From Gloeomargarita sp. SRBZ-1_bins_9 (GTDB lineage Bacteria > Cyanobacteriota > Cyanobacteriia > Gloeomargaritales > Gloeomargaritaceae): DNA of 64,000 bases. Shown piece after piece: positions 10,910-19,776 of this stretch. The notes under the pieces were generated by a model. That model was not told where the DNA came from and searched no databases. It was given only the letters and a program-made list of their open reading frames with translations. The translations under genes and the position numbers were made by a program. The first letter of the stretch is position 1. Every line of letters begins with the position of its first letter. The stretch spans positions 807 through 64,806 of the forward strand of contig JAUQVX010000012.1 in assembly GCA_039794565.1 (NCBI GenBank). The letters are read 5' to 3'.

Positions 10910-12103
10910 ATGGAACGTTTTGTCGCCGCTGAGAGGCCACCGTCGCCGGTGTGGCTAAATGCCCTTTCGACGCAGGTATCCCTGGAGCGGGCTATTCAAG
11001 AGGTGACGGCGCAGGTGCAGGCCCTGGGTACGGTAGATTTGGCCCTGGTATTTATCAGCAATAGTTTCGCCAGCGAATACGTGCGGTTGCTGCCCCTGTT
11101 GCACGAGGCGTTACCCATCCGCTGTCTGGTGGGGTGCGGGGCCAATGGGGTGGTGGGTTCTCTCCCCAGCGGTGTCGCCCAGGAAATCGAAGGGAAACCG
11201 GCTCTGGCTCTGAGCGTGGCTCGCTTGCCGGGGGTGGAGGTGCATCCCTTGGTGATCCAGCCCCAGGATGTGCCCGATTTGGACAGCCCGCCCCAGGCCT
11301 GGGTGGAGGTGGTAGGCGTGGACCCGGCGCGCAACCCCCACTTTATCTTGCTGGCGGATCCCGCTACGAGCCGGATTGTGGATGTGCTCCAGGGACTGGA
11401 TTACGCCTATCCCCATAGCGTCAAGGTGGGGGGTCTGGTGGGGGATGGCCTGTTTTGCCAACGGGAATTGGTAACCCAGGGGGTGGTCGGTGTGGCCCTG
11501 GCGGGGTTGCGGGCAGAAGCCATTGTCGCCCAAGGGTGTCGGCCTATCGGCCAGCCCTACCGCGTGACCAAGGGCGAGCGCAATATCATCCTGGGCCTGG
11601 AGGACCGGACGCCCCTGCAGGTGTTGCAAAACTTGATCCAAAACCTGGACGAGGCCGACCGAGAATTGGCCCAATCGGGGTTGCACATTGGTGTGGTGGG
11701 GGATGAATTCAAGCAGGAACTAGGGCCGACGGATTTTCTCATTCGCAATCTGCTGGGGATTGACCCGCGCTATGGGGCCATTGCTATCGGCGACCGGGTG
11801 CGGCCTGGCCAACGGGTGCAATTTCACCTGCGGGATGCCCAAACCTCCATCACCGATTTGCAACAACTGCTGGCGTCCCACGTGCGCCATCATCCTGAAC
11901 CACCGGTGGGGGCGCTGATGTTTGCCTGTTTGGGTCGGGGGCAGCACCTGTACGGACGACCGAACGTGGATTCCCACCTGTTCCAGCAGTATTTACCGGG
12001 CGTGACCCTGGCGGGGTGCTTTTGCAACGGGGAAATCGGGCCGGTGGGGAACACCACCTACCTGCACGGCTACACCGCCGTTTTTGTCCTGTGGTATGCT
12101 TAA
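10910..12103 (+). CDS. FIST-domain (NosP-like) signal transduction protein
   Basis: VAQGCRPIG, RNLLGIDP..GAIAIG, QFHLRD, FACLGRG, FCNGEIGP, C-terminal LHGYT. Confidence 0.92.
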   Translation: MERFVAAERPPSPVWLNALSTQVSLERAIQEVTAQVQALGTVDLALVFISNSFASEYVRLLPLLHEALPIRCLVGCGANGVVGSLPSGVAQEIEGKPALALSVARLPGVEVHPLVIQPQDVPDLDSPPQAWVEVVGVDPARNPHFILLADPATSRIVDVLQGLDYAYPHSVKVGGLVGDGLFCQRELVTQGVVGVALAGLRAEAIVAQGCRPIGQPYRVTKGERNIILGLEDRTPLQVLQNLIQNLDEADRELAQSGLHIGVVGDEFKQELGPTDFLIRNLLGIDPRYGAIAIGDRVRPGQRVQFHLRDAQTSITDLQQLLASHVRHHPEPPVGALMFACLGRGQHLYGRPNVDSHLFQQYLPGVTLAGCFCNGEIGPVGNTTYLHGYTAVFVLWYA

Positions 12104-13460
12104 CCAGCTGTTAGACGGTCGTTATCGCATCATTGCTACCCTGGCGGCGGGGGGGTTTGGCAAAACTTTTTTGGCCCAGGACACCAAGCGACCGGGGCAA
12201 CCCCAGTGTGTGGTGAAGATGCTCCACGGCAGCCACGACCCCAAAACCATGGAGGTGGCGCGACGGTTGTTTTACAAAGAAGCCGAAACCCTGGAGCGGT
12301 TGCGCCATCCCCAGATTCCCCAACTGCTGGCGTTTTTTGAGCAAAACCAAGAGTTTTACCTGGTGGAGGAGTTCATTCTGGGGCACACCCTGGCGCAGGA
12401 GCTGGTACCGGGCCGGGTGTTTGATGAGAGGTGGGTACTGACGTTTCTCACGGATGTGCTGCAAATTTTGCAGTTTATCCACAGCCGGGGGGTGATCCAC
12501 CGGGACCTGAAGCCTAGTAACCTCATCCGCCGGCAGGGGGACGGCAATTTGGTGTTGATCGACTTTGGGGCGGTCAAGCACTTGCCGTTGGGGGGACCCA
12601 CGCCGCCGGAGGCCAGCCAAACCGTGGGCATCGGCACCCAGGGCTACATGCCTACCGAACAATCCAGCGGCAAACCCCGCTTCAGCAGCGACCTCTATGC
12701 CCTGGGCATGATGGCCATCCAGGCCCTGACGGGGGTGCATCCCCGGGATTTACCAGAAGACCCAGACACCGGCGAAATCCTCTGGCAAGACCGTGCCCAG
12801 GTGAGTCCTGCCCTAGCCCACATTTTGACCAAGATGGTGCGCTATCACTTCAGCCAGCGTTACCAACGCGCCGAAGAGGTGCTGCAGGATTTACAGCCCC
12901 TGTTGGCCCAATTGCCCCAGCTGGCCCCGCCCTTGCCCCCGGACAATCTGGCCCTGCGCATGGCCGAACCCACCTATCGGGAAGGGGCGTCTTCCCTCTC
13001 TACCCAACCGGTGGAGATTGAATCTACCGTCGTTGCGACCCAAGCGGTGGAGGAACCCCCTACAGCAACCCCTGTTGCTCCCCAGCCCGCCCCTGGCCCA
13101 ACCCACACCAATCGTTTGCCCTGGCGGTGGGGAGTCGGGGCAGCCCTAGTGTTGGTGGTTGGGGGAGGATGGGTCGGTTGGCAACGGTGGCAATCCCCTT
13201 CTGTCTCGGGGGTCTTGCGGGAAGCCCAAGCCTTGATTGCCCAGGCGAGCCAACAAACCACCCGGGCCAAGACATTGGAACAACTGCAAACCGCCAAAGC
13301 CCAATGGCAAAAAGCTCTGGTGACCTTAAAACAGATCGATCAGCCCGCCGCAGCGGCTCCAGAAATCCAACAGTTGCAACAACAGTGTGAGCAGGAAATT
13401 CGTCAACTTGAGGCCCGCATTCTAGCCTGTCAAGACGTGCTATGGGGGGACTGTCCCTAA
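12096..13460 (+). CDS. Hanks-type Ser/Thr protein kinase with TM helix and short C-terminal helical domain
   Basis: GGFG glycine loop, VVK, IHRDLKPSN, DFG, GTQGY; TM WRWGVGAALVLVVGGGWVGW; ATG overlaps FIST stop. Confidence 0.95.
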   Translation: MLNQLLDGRYRIIATLAAGGFGKTFLAQDTKRPGQPQCVVKMLHGSHDPKTMEVARRLFYKEAETLERLRHPQIPQLLAFFEQNQEFYLVEEFILGHTLAQELVPGRVFDERWVLTFLTDVLQILQFIHSRGVIHRDLKPSNLIRRQGDGNLVLIDFGAVKHLPLGGPTPPEASQTVGIGTQGYMPTEQSSGKPRFSSDLYALGMMAIQALTGVHPRDLPEDPDTGEILWQDRAQVSPALAHILTKMVRYHFSQRYQRAEEVLQDLQPLLAQLPQLAPPLPPDNLALRMAEPTYREGASSLSTQPVEIESTVVATQAVEEPPTATPVAPQPAPGPTHTNRLPWRWGVGAALVLVVGGGWVGWQRWQSPSVSGVLREAQALIAQASQQTTRAKTLEQLQTAKAQWQKALVTLKQIDQPAAAAPEIQQLQQQCEQEIRQLEARILACQDVLWGDCP

Positions 13461-13491
13461 AGAAAGAGCCGGCTTTTATCCCCAACCGGCT
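13459..13491 (-). terminator. Rho-independent terminator
   Basis: Minus strand AGCCGGTT-loop-AGCCGGCT (8-bp stem with one G.U) then CTTTCTTT; on + the stem has a C.A mismatch and no U tract. Confidence 0.7.
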
Positions 13492-13605
13492 GACCCTATC
13501 ACCAAGATTTCTCAGGCACGGATAATCCCAGTCCAGCCTCAGCGTGATTCTGCGACTCGACTGAAATCCTCCTTATTTCCATCTTAGGTAACAATTGTTA
13601 CTGGC
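13461..13605 (-). ncRNA. Candidate sRNA or microprotein transcript (PsrR1-like architecture), containing 27-codon ORF 13499..13582
   Basis: AT-rich promoter-like stretch with HLR1 repeat upstream and own terminator downstream; ORF MEIRRISVESQNHAEAGLGLSVPEKSW; 5' end estimated from a TATAAA -10-like box. Confidence 0.45.
13588..13601. promoter_or_regulatory. Perfect 14-bp palindrome matching the NtcA consensus GTA-N8-TAC
   Basis: GTAACAATTGTTAC. Confidence 0.55.
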
Positions 13606-13611
13606 GCTTCA

Positions 13612-13629
13612 TTTATAAAAGTTTACATT
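13612..13629. promoter_or_regulatory. HLR1-like direct repeat (RpaB site)
   Basis: TTTATAAA-AG-TTTACATT versus KTTACAWW-NN-KTTACAWW, one mismatch. Confidence 0.6.
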
Positions 13630-13676
13630 TGCTCTACTGGGGAGTTATAAGCAGAACTTTTATGGCCGAGTCGGTG

Positions 13677-14333
13677 TCAGGACATCAGGTAGGCGGGGGC
13701 CAGCGCAGTCAGGTAGGCCACGATGTCAGCGATGGGGGGGGTCACCGGGGGTGGCGGCGGTGTAGTGCCGAACAGGTGTTGCCACAGGTGCGGGTCGGGG
13801 TGCAGGGCCATCGAACCGTGTTGCAACAGACTCTGGCCCCGGCGTAATTGAGCGCTGCCAATGAATTTGTGACCGGTGGCTATGACCAGGTCGGTGCGGG
13901 TGGCCTGGGCAAAGCAGGAACCAACGCCGGGTTGGGGCGGGTCCTGGCCCGGGTGCAGGGAAAGGCCCAACCCTTGCCAGCCTTGGATCAGCCAGTTTTG
14001 GATGCGTTCCACTTGCTGGCGATAGGTCCCCGGTGACACCCCCAGTACCACCGCATAGCACAGGTCCCCTTGGTGTAATACCGCACTGCCCCCCGAGGGT
14101 CGGCGAATCAGGGGTAACTGTTCCCAGTGAGCGGGCCATTGACGCTGGTGATACCCTAGGGAAATGGCTACCGGTTGCCACTGGTAGAATCGCACAGCCC
14201 CGGCGATGTCCCCCCGTTGGTGGGCAGCCAGCAGGTCCAGGTCCGTTTGCATGTGGGTGGCGCCGTCGGCTACCTGCAACGGCCAGACCAGCCAGGGGGC
14301 AGATGGTGCTAAGCTAGTAACCATGCCAGCCAT
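13677..14333 (-). CDS. Lipoate-protein ligase A family protein
   Basis: HMQTDLDLL, RFYQWQP.AISLGYHQ, RRPSGG.AVLH, CFA, KFIGSAQ, LQHGS; start at 14333 or 14324 because the upstream ORF extension runs antisense through the tRNA. Confidence 0.88.
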   Translation of the reverse strand: MAGMVTSLAPSAPWLVWPLQVADGATHMQTDLDLLAAHQRGDIAGAVRFYQWQPVAISLGYHQRQWPAHWEQLPLIRRPSGGSAVLHQGDLCYAVVLGVSPGTYRQQVERIQNWLIQGWQGLGLSLHPGQDPPQPGVGSCFAQATRTDLVIATGHKFIGSAQLRRGQSLLQHGSMALHPDPHLWQHLFGTTPPPPPVTPPIADIVAYLTALAPAYLMS

Positions 14334-14335
14334 GA

Positions 14336-14409
<74 letters not shown>

Positions 14410-14473
14410 TAGATGACGCCCCTGACCCACAATTGGTAATGTAACAGAGTTGTTACTGCCGGGAAGGGGGCTT

Positions 14474-15361
14474 ATGGACTGGCGGTGGGACGGGCGGATG
14501 CGGGAGCTGCTGCGGGAATGTGGGGCGCAGGCCCGACGCATGGGCGCGACCGGCTTCACGGTGATGGAAAAAGGCCCGGCGGATTACGTCACCACCGTGG
14601 ACCAGGCCCTGGACGCCCAACTGACACAGCGCCTGCACCAGTGGTTCCCCACCGACGGGATCATTAGCGAAGAAAACCCGGCCTCCCGCCAGGCCTATAC
14701 CACCGGTTGTCCCCGCCTGTGGTGCATTGACCCCATTGACGGCACCGATGATTTTGTGCATCAGCGGCCCTATTACTCCTTGATGGTGGGTCTGCTGGAG
14801 GGCTATCAACCGGCAGCGGGATGGATTTATGCCCCGGCGTTGGAGCGCATGTACTGGGGCGGCCCCGGTTACGGAGTGTATCAGCAATTGCCGGACTGGC
14901 GGGTGACCCCTCTGCCCCAAAAGCGCCCCGAACCCCCCTCGGTGTGGTACTGCCCCCTGATGATTGGCGACAAGGACCGGCAGCGCTACGGCCCAGCTTT
15001 AACCCAGCTGATTCCCGGCGCCGATTTGCAGACCATGGGCAGCTTTGGACTGAAGGTGGTGGAGGTGATCCGGGGCCGGGCGCTGGCCTATCTCTACCTC
15101 AACCGGCGGGTGAAACTCTGGGATACGGTTGGCCCCATGGCCCTGGCCCAGGCGGCGGGGTTGACCTGCTGTGACCTCAACGGGCAAGGGTTGCGCTTTG
15201 ACCCCCCGGCGGTGGATACCGAGACCCTGTGCCATCGCCAGCGCATTGTCGTCGGGTGGCCGGAATTTCTCCCTAAACTCTTGCCCCTGATGCAGGAAGC
15301 GGTTTATCTCACCGAGGCTCAGGCCAGATCCGACGGCGGTCCTGACAATTGCAATAGATAG
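14474..15361 (+). CDS. Inositol monophosphatase / CysQ-family phosphatase
   Basis: DYVT.VD, IISEE, WCIDPIDGT..F, KLWD..GP.A; start uncertain (14450-14498). Confidence 0.88.
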   Translation: MDWRWDGRMRELLRECGAQARRMGATGFTVMEKGPADYVTTVDQALDAQLTQRLHQWFPTDGIISEENPASRQAYTTGCPRLWCIDPIDGTDDFVHQRPYYSLMVGLLEGYQPAAGWIYAPALERMYWGGPGYGVYQQLPDWRVTPLPQKRPEPPSVWYCPLMIGDKDRQRYGPALTQLIPGADLQTMGSFGLKVVEVIRGRALAYLYLNRRVKLWDTVGPMALAQAAGLTCCDLNGQGLRFDPPAVDTETLCHRQRIVVGWPEFLPKLLPLMQEAVYLTEAQARSDGGPDNCNR

Positions 15362-15780
15362 TTTTGGACGTAGGCCTGTAAATCGCTGCGCCTGAGGGCG
15401 GCTCCCAAGCGTGGCCCCGGTTCTTCCCAAAAAACCACGCTTTCCACCGGTTCCAGGGCCAGCAGTTGAAAGATGATATGCACCACCGGCACAGGCAGGG
15501 CCAGCAACCAGGGGTCCTTGGGCAAAGGAATACTGTTGGTGGCGTCCTCCAACGTGCAGTAGGCGTATAGCAACGTCTGCTCCGGTCCCCCTTGCCCTAG
15601 GGGCGCATAGGTGCTCGTCTGCCAACGCCTATCTAATGTTTGTACGATGTAGTACTGCTTATGGCGAAAGTTGCGGGCGATCTCCAAAAGCAGGGGGCCG
15701 ATGAGCTGCACCAGTTGTGCCGTGTTGTCCTGCTTAGGGGCCTCGTCAATGAGTTGCTGCAATTGTTGTTCCAGTTCCAT
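15319..15780 (-). CDS. Conserved cyanobacterial hypothetical protein
   Basis: MELEQQLQQLIDEAP..., protein-like composition, C-terminal PPSDLA; resembles an uncharacterised family I recall from cyanobacteria. Confidence 0.7.
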   Translation of the reverse strand: MELEQQLQQLIDEAPKQDNTAQLVQLIGPLLLEIARNFRHKQYYIVQTLDRRWQTSTYAPLGQGGPEQTLLYAYCTLEDATNSIPLPKDPWLLALPVPVVHIIFQLLALEPVESVVFWEEPGPRLGAALRRSDLQAYVQNYLLQLSGPPSDLA

Positions 15781-17401
15781 CTGGCTTTCCCCCCCCCTCC
15801 CCTTCATCATAGCGCCCCAGGGACCGCTGCCGGTGTTGGTGGAGCATCGCCAGAGACACCGTACCGGTCAGGTGTTGCCAGGGCAGGACCAGATCGGGCG
15901 GCCAATCCTGATGGACGTAAAAGTCGGGGGGCGGCAGTTGGTCCTGCAATTCCTTAAAGGCCCGCCGAATACCCCCCCAGGACACCCCATAGTCCCGCGT
16001 CAGCAGCAGCACCGGACCCAACCGCCGGTCGCCCCGGGAGAGCAGCGCCTGCACCAGGGAGTCCCTGTAGCTTTCCGGGCGAAACTCCACCCCCATCCGG
16101 CCCAGATGCTTGGCCAGAAATTGCAACCGTTTTTCCGCCTGGGGGTTGACGCCCAGCCATTGCCAGGGGGTTTGGGCCTTGGGAACAAACGTGCTGCACC
16201 CAAAGCTCAAGCGCAGGCGGGGAGCCATTTGGCGCAGGTCCCGGCCCAGTTGCACCGTCGCCGCCACATCCGCTTCCGTTTCCGTGGGCACCCCCACCAT
16301 CGTATAGAGTTTCAGCCCCCGCAGCCCCCCCTGTTGCGTCACCTGGGCCGCCCGGTAAATGTCCTCCTGGTCCAGTTTTTTGTTCATCACCTGCCGCAGA
16401 CGCTCCGACCCGCTCTCCACGGCGATGGTTAAAGACTGACTGTGGTGGCGCGCCAGGGTTTCCACCAGCAGGGCATCCACCGTTGCCGCCCGGACCGAAG
16501 CGATACTCAGGCGCAGGTGGTCAAAGGCCGGTTGGTTCAACGCTGTCAACAGGGCCGGAAAGTCGGGATGTTGAGTCACCGAGGGTCCCAGCAGCCCAAT
16601 CCAGTCCGTGACCGTCAACCCCCGTTCGATGGCCGGCAGCAACCCCTGGCCCACATCGGCTTTACGAAAGGGCAACGTCAGGTAGCTGGCCAAACAAAAC
16701 CGGCACATTTCCGGGCAACTGCGCACCACCTCCACCAGGTAGATGTTTGCCCAGCTGGTCCGGGGGGTCACCACCGTGGAAACCGCCAGCCGGTCGCCCT
16801 GATACACCTGGCGCTGCACTTGGGGAGGCACTTCCGGGTGGGGACAAATCGCCACCAACGGTCCGGTGGGGGAGGCGTAAACGGGCTGGTAAAACTGGGG
16901 GACGTACACGCCGGGAACCTGGGCCAAATGCAGCAATTGCGTCCGCCGGTCCTGGTGACGCACCGCCCCATAGGCTTCGATAAACCGGGGAATCAACTCC
17001 TCCGCATCCCCCAAAAGAATCACATCGAAGAAGTCGGCAAAGGGTTCAGGATTGGCGCTGAGCACCGGCCCGCCCCCAAACACCAACGGATGGGTGTCGT
17101 CCCGCTCCCGGCTCCCCAGGGGCGTCTGCAATCGCTCCAGCAGGTCCAAGATATGGGGATAGTCCAGCTCCCAGGCAAAAGAAAAACCCACCAGCTCCGG
17201 CGCGGTCGCCAAGGGCTCCTGCTCGTCCGTAAACCAGCGGCTGACCCGCACCTGGGGATGTTGGGCCAGTAGGCTCCAGATCAGTTGGTAGCCTAGGCTG
17301 GTCATCCCCACGCTATAGGTATTGGGGTAGGCCCAGACGAGGGGAATCGCCGTCGCTTCCGGCACCACCGGCGTAAATAACAGGCGCTCTTCCGGCCACA
17401 T
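15746..17401 (-). CDS. Radical SAM protein with N-terminal B12-binding-like domain
   Basis: YPNTYSVGMTSLG, GGPVLSANPEP, CPEMCRFC (CxxxCxxC), TIAVESGS.RLR. Confidence 0.9.
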   Translation of the reverse strand: MWPEERLLFTPVVPEATAIPLVWAYPNTYSVGMTSLGYQLIWSLLAQHPQVRVSRWFTDEQEPLATAPELVGFSFAWELDYPHILDLLERLQTPLGSRERDDTHPLVFGGGPVLSANPEPFADFFDVILLGDAEELIPRFIEAYGAVRHQDRRTQLLHLAQVPGVYVPQFYQPVYASPTGPLVAICPHPEVPPQVQRQVYQGDRLAVSTVVTPRTSWANIYLVEVVRSCPEMCRFCLASYLTLPFRKADVGQGLLPAIERGLTVTDWIGLLGPSVTQHPDFPALLTALNQPAFDHLRLSIASVRAATVDALLVETLARHHSQSLTIAVESGSERLRQVMNKKLDQEDIYRAAQVTQQGGLRGLKLYTMVGVPTETEADVAATVQLGRDLRQMAPRLRLSFGCSTFVPKAQTPWQWLGVNPQAEKRLQFLAKHLGRMGVEFRPESYRDSLVQALLSRGDRRLGPVLLLTRDYGVSWGGIRRAFKELQDQLPPPDFYVHQDWPPDLVLPWQHLTGTVSLAMLHQHRQRSLGRYDEGEGGGKPDGTGTTIAATH

Positions 17402-17586
17402 GCGCTACCCCGCCCCTGATAGATAAGACAAATGTTAAGCAGTATTACAGATTGGCTGGGGATGGGGGAGGTCTCCTTAGTAAAATGTAACTCAAGTTTC
17501 GTGTCCGTCTGGGGGTGGGAAACCTCGCCCTTGCCATCGAAGCTGTAGGTACAAAAGCGGTTTAAGACGAAGGAGGCGTGTAGTCA

Positions 17587-19122
17587 ATGGGACTACCCTG
17601 GTACCGAGTGCACACAGTCGTCATTAACGACCCAGGGCGGCTGATTTCTGTTCACTTGATGCACACATCGCTGGTGGCCGGTTGGGCCGGTTCCATGGCG
17701 CTGTACGAACTGGCGGTGTTTGACCATACGGACCCCGTGTTGAACCCCATGTGGCGGCAGGGGATGTTCGTATTGCCCTTTATGGTGCGCCTGGGGGTGA
17801 CCAACTCCTGGGGCGGTTGGAATATCTACGGCGAGGCGGTCACCGACCCCGGGCTGTGGTCCTTTGAAGGGGTGGCGGCGGCGCACATCATCCTGTCGGG
17901 GTTACTGTTTTTGGCGGCCATTTGGCACTGGGTCTATTGGGATTTGGAATTGTTCCGCGACCCCCGCACTGGCGAACCGGCCCTGGACCTGCCCAAGATG
18001 TTTGGCATCCACCTGTTCTTGGCGGGGCTGCTGTGTTTTGGGTTCGGGGCGTTTCACCTGACGGGGCTATTTGGACCGGGGATGTGGGTGTCCGACCCCT
18101 ACGGTTTAACCGGCCATGTGCAACCGGTGGCACCCGCTTGGGGACCAGAGGGCTTCAATCCCTTTAATCCTGGGGGTGTGGTGGCCCACCATATCGCTGC
18201 GGGAATTGTGGGGATCATTGCCGGGTTGTTCCATTTGACGGTACGCCCGCCCCAGCGTCTCTACCGTGCCCTGCGCATGGGGAACATCGAGGGGGTCCTA
18301 TCGAGCAGCATTGCCGCAGTGTTCTTTGCCGCGTTTGTGGTAGCGGGGACGATGTGGTATGGTTCGGCCACGACGCCGGTGGAGTTATTTGGCCCGACCC
18401 GCTACCAGTGGGATAAGGGTTATTTCCAGAAGGAAATTCAGCGGCGGGTGCAGGCGGGCCTAGAAGCCGGTTTGAGCAAACAGGAGGCCTGGGCGCAGAT
18501 TCCCGAAAAACTGGCCTTTTATGACTATGTGGGCAACAGTCCGGCCAAGGGGGGGCTGTTCCGGGCCGGTCCCATGAACAAGGGGGATGGTCTGGCGGTG
18601 GCTTGGTTGGGTCACCCGGAATTCAAGGATGCCGAGGGCCGGATTCTCACCGTGCGTCGCCTGCCGAACTTCTTTGAAAACTTCCCGGTGATCCTGGTGG
18701 ACGAGGACGGTATTGTGCGGGCGGATATTCCCTTCCGGCGGGCCGACTCCAAGTTGAGTATTGAGCAGACGGGGGTAACGGTCACCTTCTACGGCGGCAA
18801 GCTCAACGGCCAGACCTTCACCGACCCTGCCCAGGTCAAGTTCTACGCTCGCAAGGCCCAGCTCGGGGAACCCTTTGAGTTTGACCGGGAGCGGTACAAC
18901 TCCGATGGATTCTTCCGCACCAGCCCGCGCGGGTGGTTTACCTTTGCCCACGCTTCCTTTGCCCTGTTGTTCTTCTTCGGGCATATTTGGCACGGGGCGC
19001 GCACCCTGTTCCGGGATGTGTTTGCCGGGATTGACGAAAACATCGGCGAGCAAGTGGAATTCGGCGTGTTCCTGAAGGTGGGGGACAAGACTACCCGACG
19101 CACGGAGGAAACCGCCGTCTGA
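17587..19122 (+). CDS. psbB: Photosystem II CP47 core antenna protein
   Basis: [38 protein letters not shown]; RBS AAGGAGG at 17570-17576. Confidence 0.99.
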   Translation: MGLPWYRVHTVVINDPGRLISVHLMHTSLVAGWAGSMALYELAVFDHTDPVLNPMWRQGMFVLPFMVRLGVTNSWGGWNIYGEAVTDPGLWSFEGVAAAHIILSGLLFLAAIWHWVYWDLELFRDPRTGEPALDLPKMFGIHLFLAGLLCFGFGAFHLTGLFGPGMWVSDPYGLTGHVQPVAPAWGPEGFNPFNPGGVVAHHIAAGIVGIIAGLFHLTVRPPQRLYRALRMGNIEGVLSSSIAAVFFAAFVVAGTMWYGSATTPVELFGPTRYQWDKGYFQKEIQRRVQAGLEAGLSKQEAWAQIPEKLAFYDYVGNSPAKGGLFRAGPMNKGDGLAVAWLGHPEFKDAEGRILTVRRLPNFFENFPVILVDEDGIVRADIPFRRADSKLSIEQTGVTVTFYGGKLNGQTFTDPAQVKFYARKAQLGEPFEFDRERYNSDGFFRTSPRGWFTFAHASFALLFFFGHIWHGARTLFRDVFAGIDENIGEQVEFGVFLKVGDKTTRRTEETAV

Positions 19123-19157
19123 GGCATACGCCGCACCGGGTCGCAGGGGGTCAGGTG

Positions 19158-19445
19158 TTAGGGGCCTGGCTCCTTTTTTTGCGGCCACAAACTGCGCAGG
19201 CCCAGGAGCAGGAAACCACCGGCGGCCACGATTTGCAAGTCATCCAGGGGAACCAGCCGGCAGAGCCATTCCCCCCCAAACACGCCCAGGAAGCTGGAGG
19301 TAAGCAGGGCCATCGCCGTCCCCAAAAATACCCAGCGCGGGGCACCCGAGCCACTGCTGAGGGCAATCGTCGCCAACTGGCTCTTGTCCCCCACCTCCGC
19401 TAGAAAAACCGTCATAAAGGTCACCGCCAGCAGTTGCCAGTTCAT
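19158..19445 (-). CDS. Half-size TMEM165/GDT1 (UPF0016) family transporter, second half
   Basis: FLAEVGDKSQLAT motif, three TM helices; ATG overlaps partner stop. Confidence 0.88.
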   Translation of the reverse strand: MNWQLLAVTFMTVFLAEVGDKSQLATIALSSGSGAPRWVFLGTAMALLTSSFLGVFGGEWLCRLVPLDDLQIVAAGGFLLLGLRSLWPQKKEPGP

Positions 19446-19750
19446 AGCCGGCTTGTGCGCCACCAATCCCAGGCCAGCCAGAGGCCCACCAGCACAAAGA
19501 ACACCCCCGAGACCAGTTCCACCCGGCGCGGCGGCAACCATTGACTCAGCCAGTGACCCACCAAAACCCCCAAGCAACTGGTGGTGAGCAACGCCAGCGC
19601 CGCCCCGGCGAACACCACCCCCGGTTGATGGGAGGACCCGGTCATCAACAGGGTGGTCACTTGCGTCTTATCCCCCAGCTCCGCCAGCAGGACCGTCACA
19701 AAACTGCCCAGGGCAATTTTGAACCGGGGGGTATCAGGGGTCATGACCAC
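19442..19750 (-). CDS. Half-size TMEM165/GDT1 (UPF0016) family transporter, first half
   Basis: LLAELGDKTQVTT motif, three TM helices. Confidence 0.88.
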   Translation of the reverse strand: MVMTPDTPRFKIALGSFVTVLLAELGDKTQVTTLLMTGSSHQPGVVFAGAALALLTTSCLGVLVGHWLSQWLPPRRVELVSGVFFVLVGLWLAWDWWRTSRL

Positions 19751-19776
19751 CAGTGCCCATCGCCATTACTCATTAA

